A stretch of DNA of 64,000 nucleotides from Dehalococcoidia bacterium (lineage in GTDB: Bacteria; Chloroflexota; Dehalococcoidia; DSTF01; RBG-16-68-14), in contig JBBEBM010000067.1 in NCBI GenBank assembly GCA_040882355.1, forward strand, positions 1-64,000, given 5' to 3'. The notes beneath the pieces are model-generated. The model did no database searches. It saw only the letters and a list, made by a program, of their open reading frames with translations, and was not told the origin of the DNA. Positions 46,920-55,939 of the stretch are shown one piece after another (position 1 is the first letter of the stretch; each line of letters starts with the position of its first letter). The translations under genes and the position numbers were made by a program.

Positions 46920-48455
46920 ATGATCGAAGACGCCCCTCCCCTTCCGCCTGCGCCAGCGTCACCCAAGAACGCCATCGTCGTGCTGCTCGATTCGCTCAAC
47001 CGGCACATGCTGGGCGCGTACGGCGGCGACGAGTTCGCGACGCCCAACCTCGACGCGTTCGCCGCGCGGTCGCTTCGCTTCGAGCGGCACTACGCGGGCT
47101 CGCTGCCCTGCATCCCCGCCCGCCACGACCTGCTCTGCGGCGCGCTCGACTTCCTCTGGCGGCCCTGGGGCTCGATCGAGGTCTGGGAGCGCTCGCTGAC
47201 GGCGGAGCTGCGCCGCGCCGGCGTGACGACGATGCTCATCTCCGACCATCCGCACCTCTTCGAGACGGGCGGCGAGAACTACCACACGGACTTCGACGGC
47301 TGGGACTACGAACGCGGCCACGAGGGCGACCCGTGGAAGACGCGGCCCGACCCGAGCTGGATCGGCGCGCCGATGTTCGGGCGGCAATTCATGCCCTACG
47401 ACAACTCTCGCGGCCACTTCCGCGACGAGAACGACTTCCCCGGGCCGCGCACGATGGCCGCCGCCGCTCGCTGGCTGGACTCGAACGCCGGCTACCACGA
47501 CCGCTTCTTCCTGTTCATCGACGAGTTCGACCCGCACGAGCCGTTCGACACGCCGGAGCCTTACGCCTCGATGTACGACGACTCGTGGGAGGGCCCGCAC
47601 CTGATCTGGCCGCCATACATTCGAGGCGCGCTCCAGCAGGGCGTGCTCGACGAGCGTCAGGCGCGCCAGCTCCGCGCCTGCTACGGCGGCAAGCTGACGA
47701 TGATCGACGCCTGGTTCGGCAAGATCATCGACGCGGTCGAGCGCCACCAGCTCTGGGACGACACGGCGGTCATCGTCTGCACGGACCACGGCCACTACCT
47801 GGGCGAGAAGGACATCTGGGGCAAGCCGGGCGTTCCCGCCTACGAGCCGCTCGGCCACATCCCGCTCATGATCTCGTGGCCGGGCGCTGCGCCGGGCGCC
47901 GTCAACGCCCTCACGACAACCGCCGACATCAACGCGACGCTCGCCGACGTGTTCGGCGTCGAGGCGAAGCATCGCGCGCACGGCGTCTCGCTGCTGCCGC
48001 TCGTGCGCGGCGAGGCGCAGTCGGTGCGCGAGTACGCGCTCTCGGGCGTCTGGGGCCGCGAGGTGCACCTGATCGACGGGCGGCACAAGTACGCGCGGGC
48101 GCCCTCAGGCGCGAACGCGCCGCTCTCGCTCTGGTCGAACCGCTGGTCGACGATGCCGATACCGTCCCGGCCGGGGCTACGGCTGCCCGCGCCCGACGAC
48201 CGCGCCGTCCTCGACCGCATGCCAGGCTCGCGCGTGCCGGTGATCCGCCAGCCCTTCGTCGAAGGCGACCTGCTGCCCTACTGGGCGATCGGGCCGTTCA
48301 GCGGCAACCACCTCTACGATCTGGCGAACGACCCGTCGGAGGACGAGAACCTGGCGGGCTCACGCAGGGAGCGCGACATGGCGGACGCGCTTCGCGAGGC
48401 GCTCAAGCAGGTCGAGGCTCCGGACGATCAGTTCGTGCGGCTGGGGATGGAGTAG
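46920..48455 (+). CDS. Formylglycine-dependent sulfatase
   Basis: LLDSL, CIPAR (CxPxR), DPHEP, TDHG, LYDL..DP.E..NL. Confidence 0.93.
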   Translation: MIEDAPPLPPAPASPKNAIVVLLDSLNRHMLGAYGGDEFATPNLDAFAARSLRFERHYAGSLPCIPARHDLLCGALDFLWRPWGSIEVWERSLTAELRRAGVTTMLISDHPHLFETGGENYHTDFDGWDYERGHEGDPWKTRPDPSWIGAPMFGRQFMPYDNSRGHFRDENDFPGPRTMAAAARWLDSNAGYHDRFFLFIDEFDPHEPFDTPEPYASMYDDSWEGPHLIWPPYIRGALQQGVLDERQARQLRACYGGKLTMIDAWFGKIIDAVERHQLWDDTAVIVCTDHGHYLGEKDIWGKPGVPAYEPLGHIPLMISWPGAAPGAVNALTTTADINATLADVFGVEAKHRAHGVSLLPLVRGEAQSVREYALSGVWGREVHLIDGRHKYARAPSGANAPLSLWSNRWSTMPIPSRPGLRLPAPDDRAVLDRMPGSRVPVIRQPFVEGDLLPYWAIGPFSGNHLYDLANDPSEDENLAGSRRERDMADALREALKQVEAPDDQFVRLGME

Positions 48456-48481
48456 CGGGATTCCCGGAAGGAGGTCGGCAG

Positions 48482-49192
48482 ATGTCAGGGCGGACGTTTT
48501 TCATCGTCGCCGTCGGGACGGCGGTTCTCGCGTTCGGCGTCTTCTTGTTCGCGTTCATCTACCTCTTACCGGCAGTGATTGTCGCCACTTTCGGAGACGA
48601 ATTCGAAGAGGCCGTGCCTACGATCCAGGCATACCTTGCGACCACCCAGGCGGAGGCAACCGCCTCCGCCGAAGCGCGGACGCCGCCGCCTCCTCTAACG
48701 AGCACGCCTACTCCCCCGGCTGTCGATGTCAGGAACGGGTGCGGACCTCCGCTGCCCGACGTGTACTGTGAGAACTGGTACCGTCCACCGCCGTCCGACT
48801 GTCCGGTGAGCACCTTCGAGGTCATTCGCCCCGACGGGCTCTCCGGGATCGGCTCGAACCCCTTCTGGATGGTCGGCTACCCCGTGCAGCCTCTAGAGCC
48901 GGAGCCGCGCAGCAAGAGAATATGGATCATTGCAGACGGCGTTGTCGGAGAGGTTACGCTCACTGGCAAGAACCTGGATGGGCCTGGCACCATCACCTTC
49001 CCGAGCTATGAAAGGGATGCAAGCTTCAGCGAGGAGACGCCAGATAAAACCGCCCTCGTCCTCATGCCTCCTCACGGCATCGAGGAAGACCACCGTACCG
49101 CAATCGTCTACCCGAGCGCCGGGTGCTGGGAGTTCACCGCGGAACTGGGCGGTGAGACTGCGCGGATCGTGCAGTACGTCTACGAGGAGTAG
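48482..49192 (+). CDS. Hypothetical membrane-anchored protein
   Basis: GGAGG RBS, N-terminal TM, Pro/Thr linker, P..GCW motif. Confidence 0.7.
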   Translation: MSGRTFFIVAVGTAVLAFGVFLFAFIYLLPAVIVATFGDEFEEAVPTIQAYLATTQAEATASAEARTPPPPLTSTPTPPAVDVRNGCGPPLPDVYCENWYRPPPSDCPVSTFEVIRPDGLSGIGSNPFWMVGYPVQPLEPEPRSKRIWIIADGVVGEVTLTGKNLDGPGTITFPSYERDASFSEETPDKTALVLMPPHGIEEDHRTAIVYPSAGCWEFTAELGGETARIVQYVYEE

Positions 49193-49316
49193 GGGGCGGA
49201 GCCAGACGCTTCGGTGCCGCGCGGGGCCGACATCGCCCTCAAGTCGGATGCCCAGAAGGTAAGGGGTTCTACCCGCCCTCCCGCCCCAGGAGCCTCTTTC
49301 CGAGGAGCTCCGCCCT

Positions 49317-49489
49317 CCTTCGGCTTCGCTCAGGACAAGCCTCGGGCTCCCCGAGATCCACGGTTGGCTTGCGCGAGATCGCGCGGCTAGCGGCCCCATC
49401 GTTGGTCCGGGGCCTGATGCTTCGCTGCCGCGAGGGGCGAGACCCTTCGCGGAGTCTATCCTGAGCTGAAACGAAGGGCTCAGGGTGAC
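49317..49489. repeat. Cluster of CTTCG..GCTCAGG REP-like elements, one nested
   Basis: ccttcggcttcgctcaggacaag at 49317; gagacccttcgc[...tatcctgagctgaaacgaagg]gctcagggtgac at 49439. Confidence 0.6.
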
Positions 49490-49493
49490 CGGG

Positions 49494-49856
49494 CTACATC
49501 TGAACGAGGCCGACGAGGTTGCCTTCGGGGTCCTCGACGTGGGCGATGGTGGGGCGGCCGGGGACGTCCATGGGCTCGGTGAGGGCTTTGCCGCCCAGCT
49601 CCTCGGCCTTCTTCAGCGACGCGCGGAGATCGGCGACCTGGATGTAGACGGCGACGGCGGGCGCGCGGTCGCTTTGGAGGATGGTGCCGCCGACGCCCTC
49701 CACAGGCGGGCCCTTGCCCGGCGGGATCGTCGCGATGGGCGCGCCCTCCGGAGCGGTGATGTCCCAATCGAACATCTCGCGATAGAACGCTTCGATCGTG
49801 GCGCGGTCCTTCGCGAGGATCTGGAAGTGAACGACGGGGCGCGGCCAGTCAGACAT
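49494..49856 (-). CDS. VOC/glyoxalase family protein
   Basis: PVVHFQI, FY..MFDW, YIQV.D, DPEGN.VGL. Confidence 0.9.
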   Translation of the reverse strand: MSDWPRPVVHFQILAKDRATIEAFYREMFDWDITAPEGAPIATIPPGKGPPVEGVGGTILQSDRAPAVAVYIQVADLRASLKKAEELGGKALTEPMDVPGRPTIAHVEDPEGNLVGLVQM

Positions 49857-49870
49857 CGTGTCGCTCCTTG

Positions 49871-51001
49871 CTACGTCCAGCCCATCTCGCGTTCGATGGT
49901 GGCGAGATCGGGCGGAAGGGGTCGTAGCTCGGGCGCGAACTCGGCGAGCGCGCGCTCCGGGTCCTTCAGCCCGCTGCCGGTGATGATGCAGACGACAGTT
50001 TTGCCTGCGAGGTCCGCCCCCGTGAGGGCTCCCTCGCCGGCGGACTTGAGGAGGCCGGCGACGCCCGCCGCCGAGGCGGGCTCGCAGAAGATGCCCTCCT
50101 CCTGCGCCATGCGCCGGTAGGCGTCGAGGATCTCGTCGTCGGTGACGGCGCTGATCGCGCCGTTCGATTCGTCGCGGGCCGTGACGGCGCCCTGCCAGCT
50201 CGCGGGGTTGCCGATGCGGATAGCCGAGGCGACGGTCTGCGGCTCGGCGACGGGCGCGCCCTGCACGAGGGGCGCCGCACCGGCGGCCTGAAAGCCCCAC
50301 ATGCGCGGCTTCCGGCTCGCCGCCTCGCGCTGGTAGTACTCGACGAAGCCCTGCCAGTAGGCCGTGATGTTGCCGGCATTGCCAACCGGCAGGCAGAGCA
50401 CGTCGGGCGCGTCGCCGAGCGCATCGACGATCTCGAACGCGGCCGTCTTTTGGCCTTCGATGCGCTCCGGGTTCACCGAGTTCACGAGGGCGATCGGGTG
50501 GCGCCGCGTGATCTCGCGGGCGAGGCGAAGCGCGTCGTCGAAGTTGCCCTCGATGGCGATGATGCGCGCGCCGTGGGCGGCGGTCTGCGCCAGCTTTCCT
50601 TCGGCGATGCGCCCGTGCGGCACGACGATGTACGCCTCCAGCCCGCAGTGGGCGGCGTACGCCGCCGCTGAGGCGCTCGTGTTGCCCGTCGAGGCGCAGA
50701 GGATGGCGCGCTCGCCGCGCTCCACCGCCTTCGCAACGGCGACGACCATGCCCCGGTCTTTGAAGGAGCCGCTGGGGTTGCAGCTCTCCAGCTTGAAGTA
50801 GAGCGCCTCGCAGCCGACGTCGCCTTCGAGGCGCACGGAGCGGACGAGGGGCGTGTCACCCTCGCCGATGGTGATCAGCGGCGTCGCGTCCGTGATGGGC
50901 AGCAGGTGGCGGTAGCGGCGCAGCACGCCCAGGCCGCGCCCGGGCGGGTCCGGCGAGGCGGCCTCGGCGCCGCGGTCACTCTTCGCTGAGCGTAACGACA
51001 T
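49871..51001 (-). CDS. thrC: Threonine synthase
   Basis: EGDTPL, NPSGSFKDRG, CASTGNTSAS, PVGNAGN; near hom. Confidence 0.93.
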   Translation of the reverse strand: MSLRSAKSDRGAEAASPDPPGRGLGVLRRYRHLLPITDATPLITIGEGDTPLVRSVRLEGDVGCEALYFKLESCNPSGSFKDRGMVVAVAKAVERGERAILCASTGNTSASAAAYAAHCGLEAYIVVPHGRIAEGKLAQTAAHGARIIAIEGNFDDALRLAREITRRHPIALVNSVNPERIEGQKTAAFEIVDALGDAPDVLCLPVGNAGNITAYWQGFVEYYQREAASRKPRMWGFQAAGAAPLVQGAPVAEPQTVASAIRIGNPASWQGAVTARDESNGAISAVTDDEILDAYRRMAQEEGIFCEPASAAGVAGLLKSAGEGALTGADLAGKTVVCIITGSGLKDPERALAEFAPELRPLPPDLATIEREMGWT

Positions 51002-51986
51002 GCTTTCTCATCTCGCGCACTTCGCGCTCCAGCTCCTGGATCTGACGCCGCTTGGTGCGCTCCTGCGAGCTGATCAGTTTGCGCATCTGGTCGGTCAGCG
51101 TGGCCTTCTCCTGCTCGAGCTGCTCCTGGAGCGCATCGAGTCGTGAGCCGAGCGTCTGCTGGTGTGTGCGAAGCAGGCCTTGCTGCTGGTCATGCTGCTC
51201 GCCGCGCTCGCGCACGGCGTTCATTCCCTCTTCGAGATGCATCGCCCGCTCTTCCAGCCGTTGCCGTTCGGCGCGGTGCAACTCAATGCGGTCGGCGAGC
51301 ATCTCGAGGCGCTGCAGCTCCTGCAGGCTCTGGTTGATCGTGCCCTCGAGTCGATGGGCGACGTCGCCCGCGACCTTCGCGCGCTCGCCGATGGCCGCGT
51401 CCTCGCGCTGGAGAGCGAGGATGGTCGCCTCGACCTGCGTCAGCGTGTGCTCGGCGCGCGTCGCTCCCTCCAGGCCACGCGCCGCCTTGCTCTCCGTTGC
51501 TTCCAGCCGGCGCTCGATCTGGCCGAGCTGCAGGTGGATCTGGGAGACCTCCTCCTGAAAGTGCCTGCCGACCTCGTCGACGGCGGCCTGGCGGTCGTGC
51601 CACTGGTCGACCTGCCGTTCCACCTGGTCGATACGGCGGGCCAGTTCGGTCCATTCCTGCTGGTCGCGGTTCTCGTCGTCGTGGCGGCGCCTCGTGACGG
51701 TGCTAAGCTGCTCTTTCGCCGCCGCCTGTTCGTCCTGGAGCTGGAGGATCAACGCTGCAGCCTGGTTGATCTCCTCCTGGAGCCGCGGCACGTGCGCGGC
51801 CTCTCGCGCAGCCTCTTGAAGCGAACCGTGGAGCGCCCGCGAGTTGTCGCTCAGCTCGGAGGCCGTTGCGCGCAGGTGCTCGAGCTGCTGCTCGAGCTGC
51901 GCGACCTGGCCCTTCAGCTCGTAGACCTGGTCCTGCAGCCAGCCCACCGGGCCGACGGCGGTCTCCTGACGCGCCTCCTGTGTCAC
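50976..51986 (-). CDS. Long coiled-coil hypothetical protein
   Basis: E/Q/R/L-rich heptads throughout; abuts hom and overlaps thrC. Confidence 0.75.
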   Translation of the reverse strand: MTQEARQETAVGPVGWLQDQVYELKGQVAQLEQQLEHLRATASELSDNSRALHGSLQEAAREAAHVPRLQEEINQAAALILQLQDEQAAAKEQLSTVTRRRHDDENRDQQEWTELARRIDQVERQVDQWHDRQAAVDEVGRHFQEEVSQIHLQLGQIERRLEATESKAARGLEGATRAEHTLTQVEATILALQREDAAIGERAKVAGDVAHRLEGTINQSLQELQRLEMLADRIELHRAERQRLEERAMHLEEGMNAVRERGEQHDQQQGLLRTHQQTLGSRLDALQEQLEQEKATLTDQMRKLISSQERTKRRQIQELEREVREMRKHVVTLSEE

Positions 51987-53291
51987 CTAACCCTCCACCC
52001 GCAAGAACGTGCCGATCGCCGTGACGACCGGCAGCGCTTCCACCAGGCGCAGCGCCTCCTGCATCGACGCTTCCTTTGATTCGTGGGTCATGATCACCAG
52101 CTCGGCCGTGCGCGCCTCTTCGTCCGCCTCCTTCTGGAGCACGGAGGCGATGCTGATCTCGGCGTCGCCGAGCACGCGAGCGATCTGCGCCAGCACGCCT
52201 GGCTGGTCCGTGATGGTAAGGCGCAGGTAGTACTTGGTGCGCAGCTCGCCCATCGGCGCCACGCGCAGGGGGACTTCGCCGCTCCAGGAGAGCCGCTCGC
52301 GCACGCCGGTGACGACGCTATGGGCGGCGTCCAGCAGGTCGGCGACGACGGCGCTGGTGGTAGGCAGCGAGCCGGCGCCCTGCCCTTCGAACAGCGTGCG
52401 GCCGAGGAGGTCGCCCTCGACCTGGACCGCGTTCAGCACACCGTCTACCTTCGCCAGCGGCTCGTCGTCCGGCAGCATGGCCGGGTGTACGCGCATCTGC
52501 ACGCCCGAATTGTCCGGCAGCCGCCGCGCGATGGCGAGGAGCTTGATCGCGTAGCCGAGCTCCCGGGCGTAACGAAAGTCTCGCGCCGCCAGACGAGTGA
52601 TGCCTTCTCGATAGACCTGCTCCGGCCGAACCTCGCCGTGGAAGGCGAGACTGGCCAGAATGGCGAGCTTGTACGCGGCGTCGACGCCCTCCACGTCGTT
52701 CGCCGGGTCCGGTTCCGCATAGCCTAGCGCCTGCGCCTGCGAAAGCGCCTCGGCGAAGTCGCGGCCTTCGCGGCTCATGGCGGTGAGGATGTAGTTCGTC
52801 GTGCCGTTGATGATCGCGGAGATGGCGACGATGTCGTTCGCGAGGAGGTCGCGCTTGAGCGGGGCGATGATCGGGATGCCGCCGCCCACGCTCGCCTCGT
52901 ACAGCACGTCGACGCCGCGCTCCCGCGCCAGCGCTAGCAGGGCGGCGCCGTGCTTCGCCATGACCTCCTTGTTGCCGGTGACCACGTACTTGCCCGCCTG
53001 CAGCGCCTCGCGCGCGTAGCGGAAGGCCGGCTCCTCGCCGCCCATCACCTCGATGATAACGTCGATCTCAGGATCGTCGAGCACCGCGCCGGCGTCGGTC
53101 GTGAAGAGCGCGGGGTCGATGGCAACGGAACGTTCCTTTTCGGGGTCGCGCACCAGCACGCGGGCGAGCTCGAGGGGGCACCCCAATTCGGCAGCGTAGC
53201 GGTCGCGCTTCTCCGCCAGGATGCGGGCGACGCCGCCGCCGACGACTCCGAGACCCAGGAGGCCCACCTTCACGCTACGTCGTGCGCTCAT
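51987..53291 (-). CDS. hom: Homoserine dehydrogenase with ACT domain
   Basis: GLGVVG, EASVGGGIP, NGTTNYIL, GYAE.DP. Confidence 0.95.
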   Translation of the reverse strand: MSARRSVKVGLLGLGVVGGGVARILAEKRDRYAAELGCPLELARVLVRDPEKERSVAIDPALFTTDAGAVLDDPEIDVIIEVMGGEEPAFRYAREALQAGKYVVTGNKEVMAKHGAALLALARERGVDVLYEASVGGGIPIIAPLKRDLLANDIVAISAIINGTTNYILTAMSREGRDFAEALSQAQALGYAEPDPANDVEGVDAAYKLAILASLAFHGEVRPEQVYREGITRLAARDFRYARELGYAIKLLAIARRLPDNSGVQMRVHPAMLPDDEPLAKVDGVLNAVQVEGDLLGRTLFEGQGAGSLPTTSAVVADLLDAAHSVVTGVRERLSWSGEVPLRVAPMGELRTKYYLRLTITDQPGVLAQIARVLGDAEISIASVLQKEADEEARTAELVIMTHESKEASMQEALRLVEALPVVTAIGTFLRVEG

Positions 53292-53303
53292 GGGCTGTCA
53301 GCG

Positions 53304-54293
53304 TTAGTAGACGTCGTTGATGACGCGGTTTGTGTCTTCGGCCGAAAGATGGCGTTCGATCGTGAGCTCGTCGTCCTGCGCTTTGAACCAGTCCTCGAGC
53401 TCGCGATCGGCAACGAGCTGCTTCTGTGTGTCGTCCAGCGCGCGGCTGTCGGCCCGCTCAATCAGCTCGACGATGTAGGCGCCGACGCTGGTGTCGATCA
53501 CCTCGCTGCGGTCGCCGGGCTGGGCGTCAGCGAAGAGGAAGTCTTCGACCTTGTCGTCGGGGAACGCCCCCCGTGTGGTCCAGTCCATCTCGCCGCCCTT
53601 TTCGGCGCTGGTCGTGTCCTGCGAGACTTCGCGCGCGACCGTGGCGAAGTCCTCGCCCGCGTCCAGGCGCTCCAGCACCTGCCTGCCTTCGTTACGGTCC
53701 GCCACGAGAATCACGCGAGCGCGCACCTGCGGTTCTTCAGCCGGGGAAAGGTACAGGTAGTAGTTGCGCAGCTTCTGCTCGAGCAAGTCAGCCCGGATCT
53801 TCTGGCGAAACTCATCGCGATGGAGGCCGCTTGCCGCAAGCTGCTTGCCGAACTCGGCGGCAAAGGCGCCCGGGTCGGCGTCCGCGGCCAGGGCGCCGGT
53901 CTCCTTGATCTTGGCATCGATCTCGTCTTCCGTCACCGTGATGTCGTTGAGCGTGTTCGCCCGCTCGATCAGCTTGGCCTCGCGTTCGAGCTGGAGCATG
54001 ACGGTTTCGGGCAGGGCTTGAGCGTACTGCGGCTGCTGGAAGATGGTGTTCTCGTTGACCGTCAGCTTGGCGCGGCGCGTCAGGGCGTTCAAGCTGTACT
54101 CTTGCTTACCCACCTGGAGGACGGTCTTGCCGCCGGGCTTGATCTCCGTCTGGTACCAGCCGAACGCGATCACGCCCGCGGCGATGAGAAGGACCGCCGC
54201 AACGCCGCCCACGAGCAGGATGCGGCTCATCTGCTCCGGATCGGTCCGGCGAGAGGCCCTGGGCCGTCCGGACTGTGTCTTCGCCTTTGCCAT
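53304..54293 (-). CDS. Parvulin-type peptidyl-prolyl isomerase (PrsA/SurA-like)
   Basis: N-terminal TM; F..VARE.SQD..SAEKGG. Confidence 0.88.
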   Translation of the reverse strand: MAKAKTQSGRPRASRRTDPEQMSRILLVGGVAAVLLIAAGVIAFGWYQTEIKPGGKTVLQVGKQEYSLNALTRRAKLTVNENTIFQQPQYAQALPETVMLQLEREAKLIERANTLNDITVTEDEIDAKIKETGALAADADPGAFAAEFGKQLAASGLHRDEFRQKIRADLLEQKLRNYYLYLSPAEEPQVRARVILVADRNEGRQVLERLDAGEDFATVAREVSQDTTSAEKGGEMDWTTRGAFPDDKVEDFLFADAQPGDRSEVIDTSVGAYIVELIERADSRALDDTQKQLVADRELEDWFKAQDDELTIERHLSAEDTNRVINDVY

Positions 54294-54374
54294 GCTCGAT
54301 TCGCCTCTGCTAGCCCTGAAGATGCAACGAGGGCGCTCCGCCGCCGTCGCTCCCTCGGCCGCGCGTCCGGCGCG

Positions 54375-55037
54375 CTACTTCCGCGAAGGGAAGACGCCGG
54401 TTACGCGAACGTGCTCCGGTGTGTACGGCAGCAACGCCAGGTGACGCGCGCGCTTCAGTGCCACGCTCAGCCAGCGCTGGTGCTTCGCGCAGGTGCCGGT
54501 CTTCCGCCTGGGCTCGATGCGGGCGCGGTCGGACAGATACCGGCGCAGCTTGACGGGGTCCTTGTAATCGACGGCCTTGGCCTTTTCGACGCAGAAGCCA
54601 CAGACCTTGCGCCGTCCGAAGCGACCTCCGCCACCGCCGCCCCTGCGACGATCACCGTCGCGGCCCGGCCGCTCGGGCCGTCCTCCGCCTGACGGGCGCC
54701 CGCGGGGTCGCTCACCTACGGGGGGCGCGGTCCCTTCAACGGGAGCCCGGCTTTCCGTAGACGGAGCCTCCGCCGGCGTTGCCGGCCCGGCAGCGGGCGA
54801 AGCCTCCGCAGCGGCAGAGGGAGTCTCCTCCGCAACCGGCGCTTCGGCGACCGGCGGAGGCGCGCCTTCCGCGGCTACAGGTTCGGCCCCTGCCGGCGGA
54901 GCAGGCTGCTCCGCATCCGTTGGCCCGGCCTCAGGCGCCGGTGGCGCGCTGTCGGCGGGAGGCGGGGCGGCGGGCTCGGCGTTTGGCACGCCTTCTGTCT
55001 CGGTGTCCTTCTGCGTTTCGTCTTCCTCTGGGATCAA
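54375..55037 (-). CDS. rpsR: 30S ribosomal protein S18 with long N-terminal low-complexity extension
   Basis: [33 protein letters not shown] start with GAGGTG RBS. Confidence 0.9.
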   Translation of the reverse strand: MIPEEDETQKDTETEGVPNAEPAAPPPADSAPPAPEAGPTDAEQPAPPAGAEPVAAEGAPPPVAEAPVAEETPSAAAEASPAAGPATPAEAPSTESRAPVEGTAPPVGERPRGRPSGGGRPERPGRDGDRRRGGGGGGRFGRRKVCGFCVEKAKAVDYKDPVKLRRYLSDRARIEPRRKTGTCAKHQRWLSVALKRARHLALLPYTPEHVRVTGVFPSRK

Positions 55038-55055
55038 ACGGTTCTCACCTCGCGC

Positions 55056-55460
55056 TTATTGCCCTTGATCGAACGGGATCTCTTCGGGCTCCACAGCTCC
55101 GCCGCCCTCTTCTGGCATCGGTGCGGCCTGGGGCCTATCGAGGAAGAGCACCGTGTTGGCGATGACTTCCGTGCGGTAGCGGCGCTGGCCGTCGGGGCCC
55201 TCCCACGATCGGGTCTGCAACCGTCCCTCAACGTAGGCGCGCCGGCCCTTCTGCAGGAACTGGCTGCACGTCTCAGCCAGCTTGTTCCAGGCGACGACGC
55301 TGAACCACTCGGTCTCTTCCTTCCGCTCGCCGTCCGGGCCTGTGTAGGTCCTGCTGCTGGCGATGCGGAACGAGGTGACGGCGCTCCCGTTCGCGGTATA
55401 GCGCATCTCCGGGTCAGACCCGAGGTTGCCGATGATCATGACTTTGTTAAGTCCCGCCAT
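55056..55460 (-). CDS. ssb: Single-stranded DNA-binding protein
   Basis: LNKV.IIGNLG.DPE, VEGRLQTRSW, EEIPF tail. Confidence 0.97.
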   Translation of the reverse strand: MAGLNKVMIIGNLGSDPEMRYTANGSAVTSFRIASSRTYTGPDGERKEETEWFSVVAWNKLAETCSQFLQKGRRAYVEGRLQTRSWEGPDGQRRYRTEVIANTVLFLDRPQAAPMPEEGGGAVEPEEIPFDQGQ

Positions 55461-55530
55461 CGCTGGCACTCTCCTCTCTCCCTGAGCCAGCCTCCCGCCG
55501 CCTCGCTGACGGCGGTCAAACGGCTGCCCG

Positions 55531-55821
55531 CTACTCGTCCAGGCGGATGAGAAGGTGTCGGATCACCTCCTCAGACAGTAGGAGGCCCTGCTCCAGCTCT
55601 TTCATCTGGAGCGGGGCGAGTCGCAACTGAGTCACGACGTAGTTGCCTTCGAGCTGCCGCTTGATGGGGTAGGCCAGCTTGCGCCGGCCCCACACGTTCA
55701 CGTCATCGATCTCGCCACCGCGAGTCTCGATCGGGCGGCGGACAAGCCGATCGATGGCGCCCGGGACGTCGTCCTCGGCCACCTCTGGGCTGATGATCAC
55801 TACCAGTTCATACCGCCGCAA
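55531..55821 (-). CDS. rpsF: 30S ribosomal protein S6
   Basis: RRYEL, WGRRKLAYPI, VIRHL; rpsF-ssb-rpsR synteny. Confidence 0.97.
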   Translation of the reverse strand: MRRYELVVIISPEVAEDDVPGAIDRLVRRPIETRGGEIDDVNVWGRRKLAYPIKRQLEGNYVVTQLRLAPLQMKELEQGLLLSEEVIRHLLIRLDE

Positions 55822-55939
55822 CCGTTACCTCCTGCGACACAAATGGAAACGAACCCGGCTCGTTCCTCCCTGCCGGGCTCGGGCGCTGTTTCCCAATTCC
55901 AGCGCACTCAGTATAGGAACGCCGCCACCTTCCGTCAAC

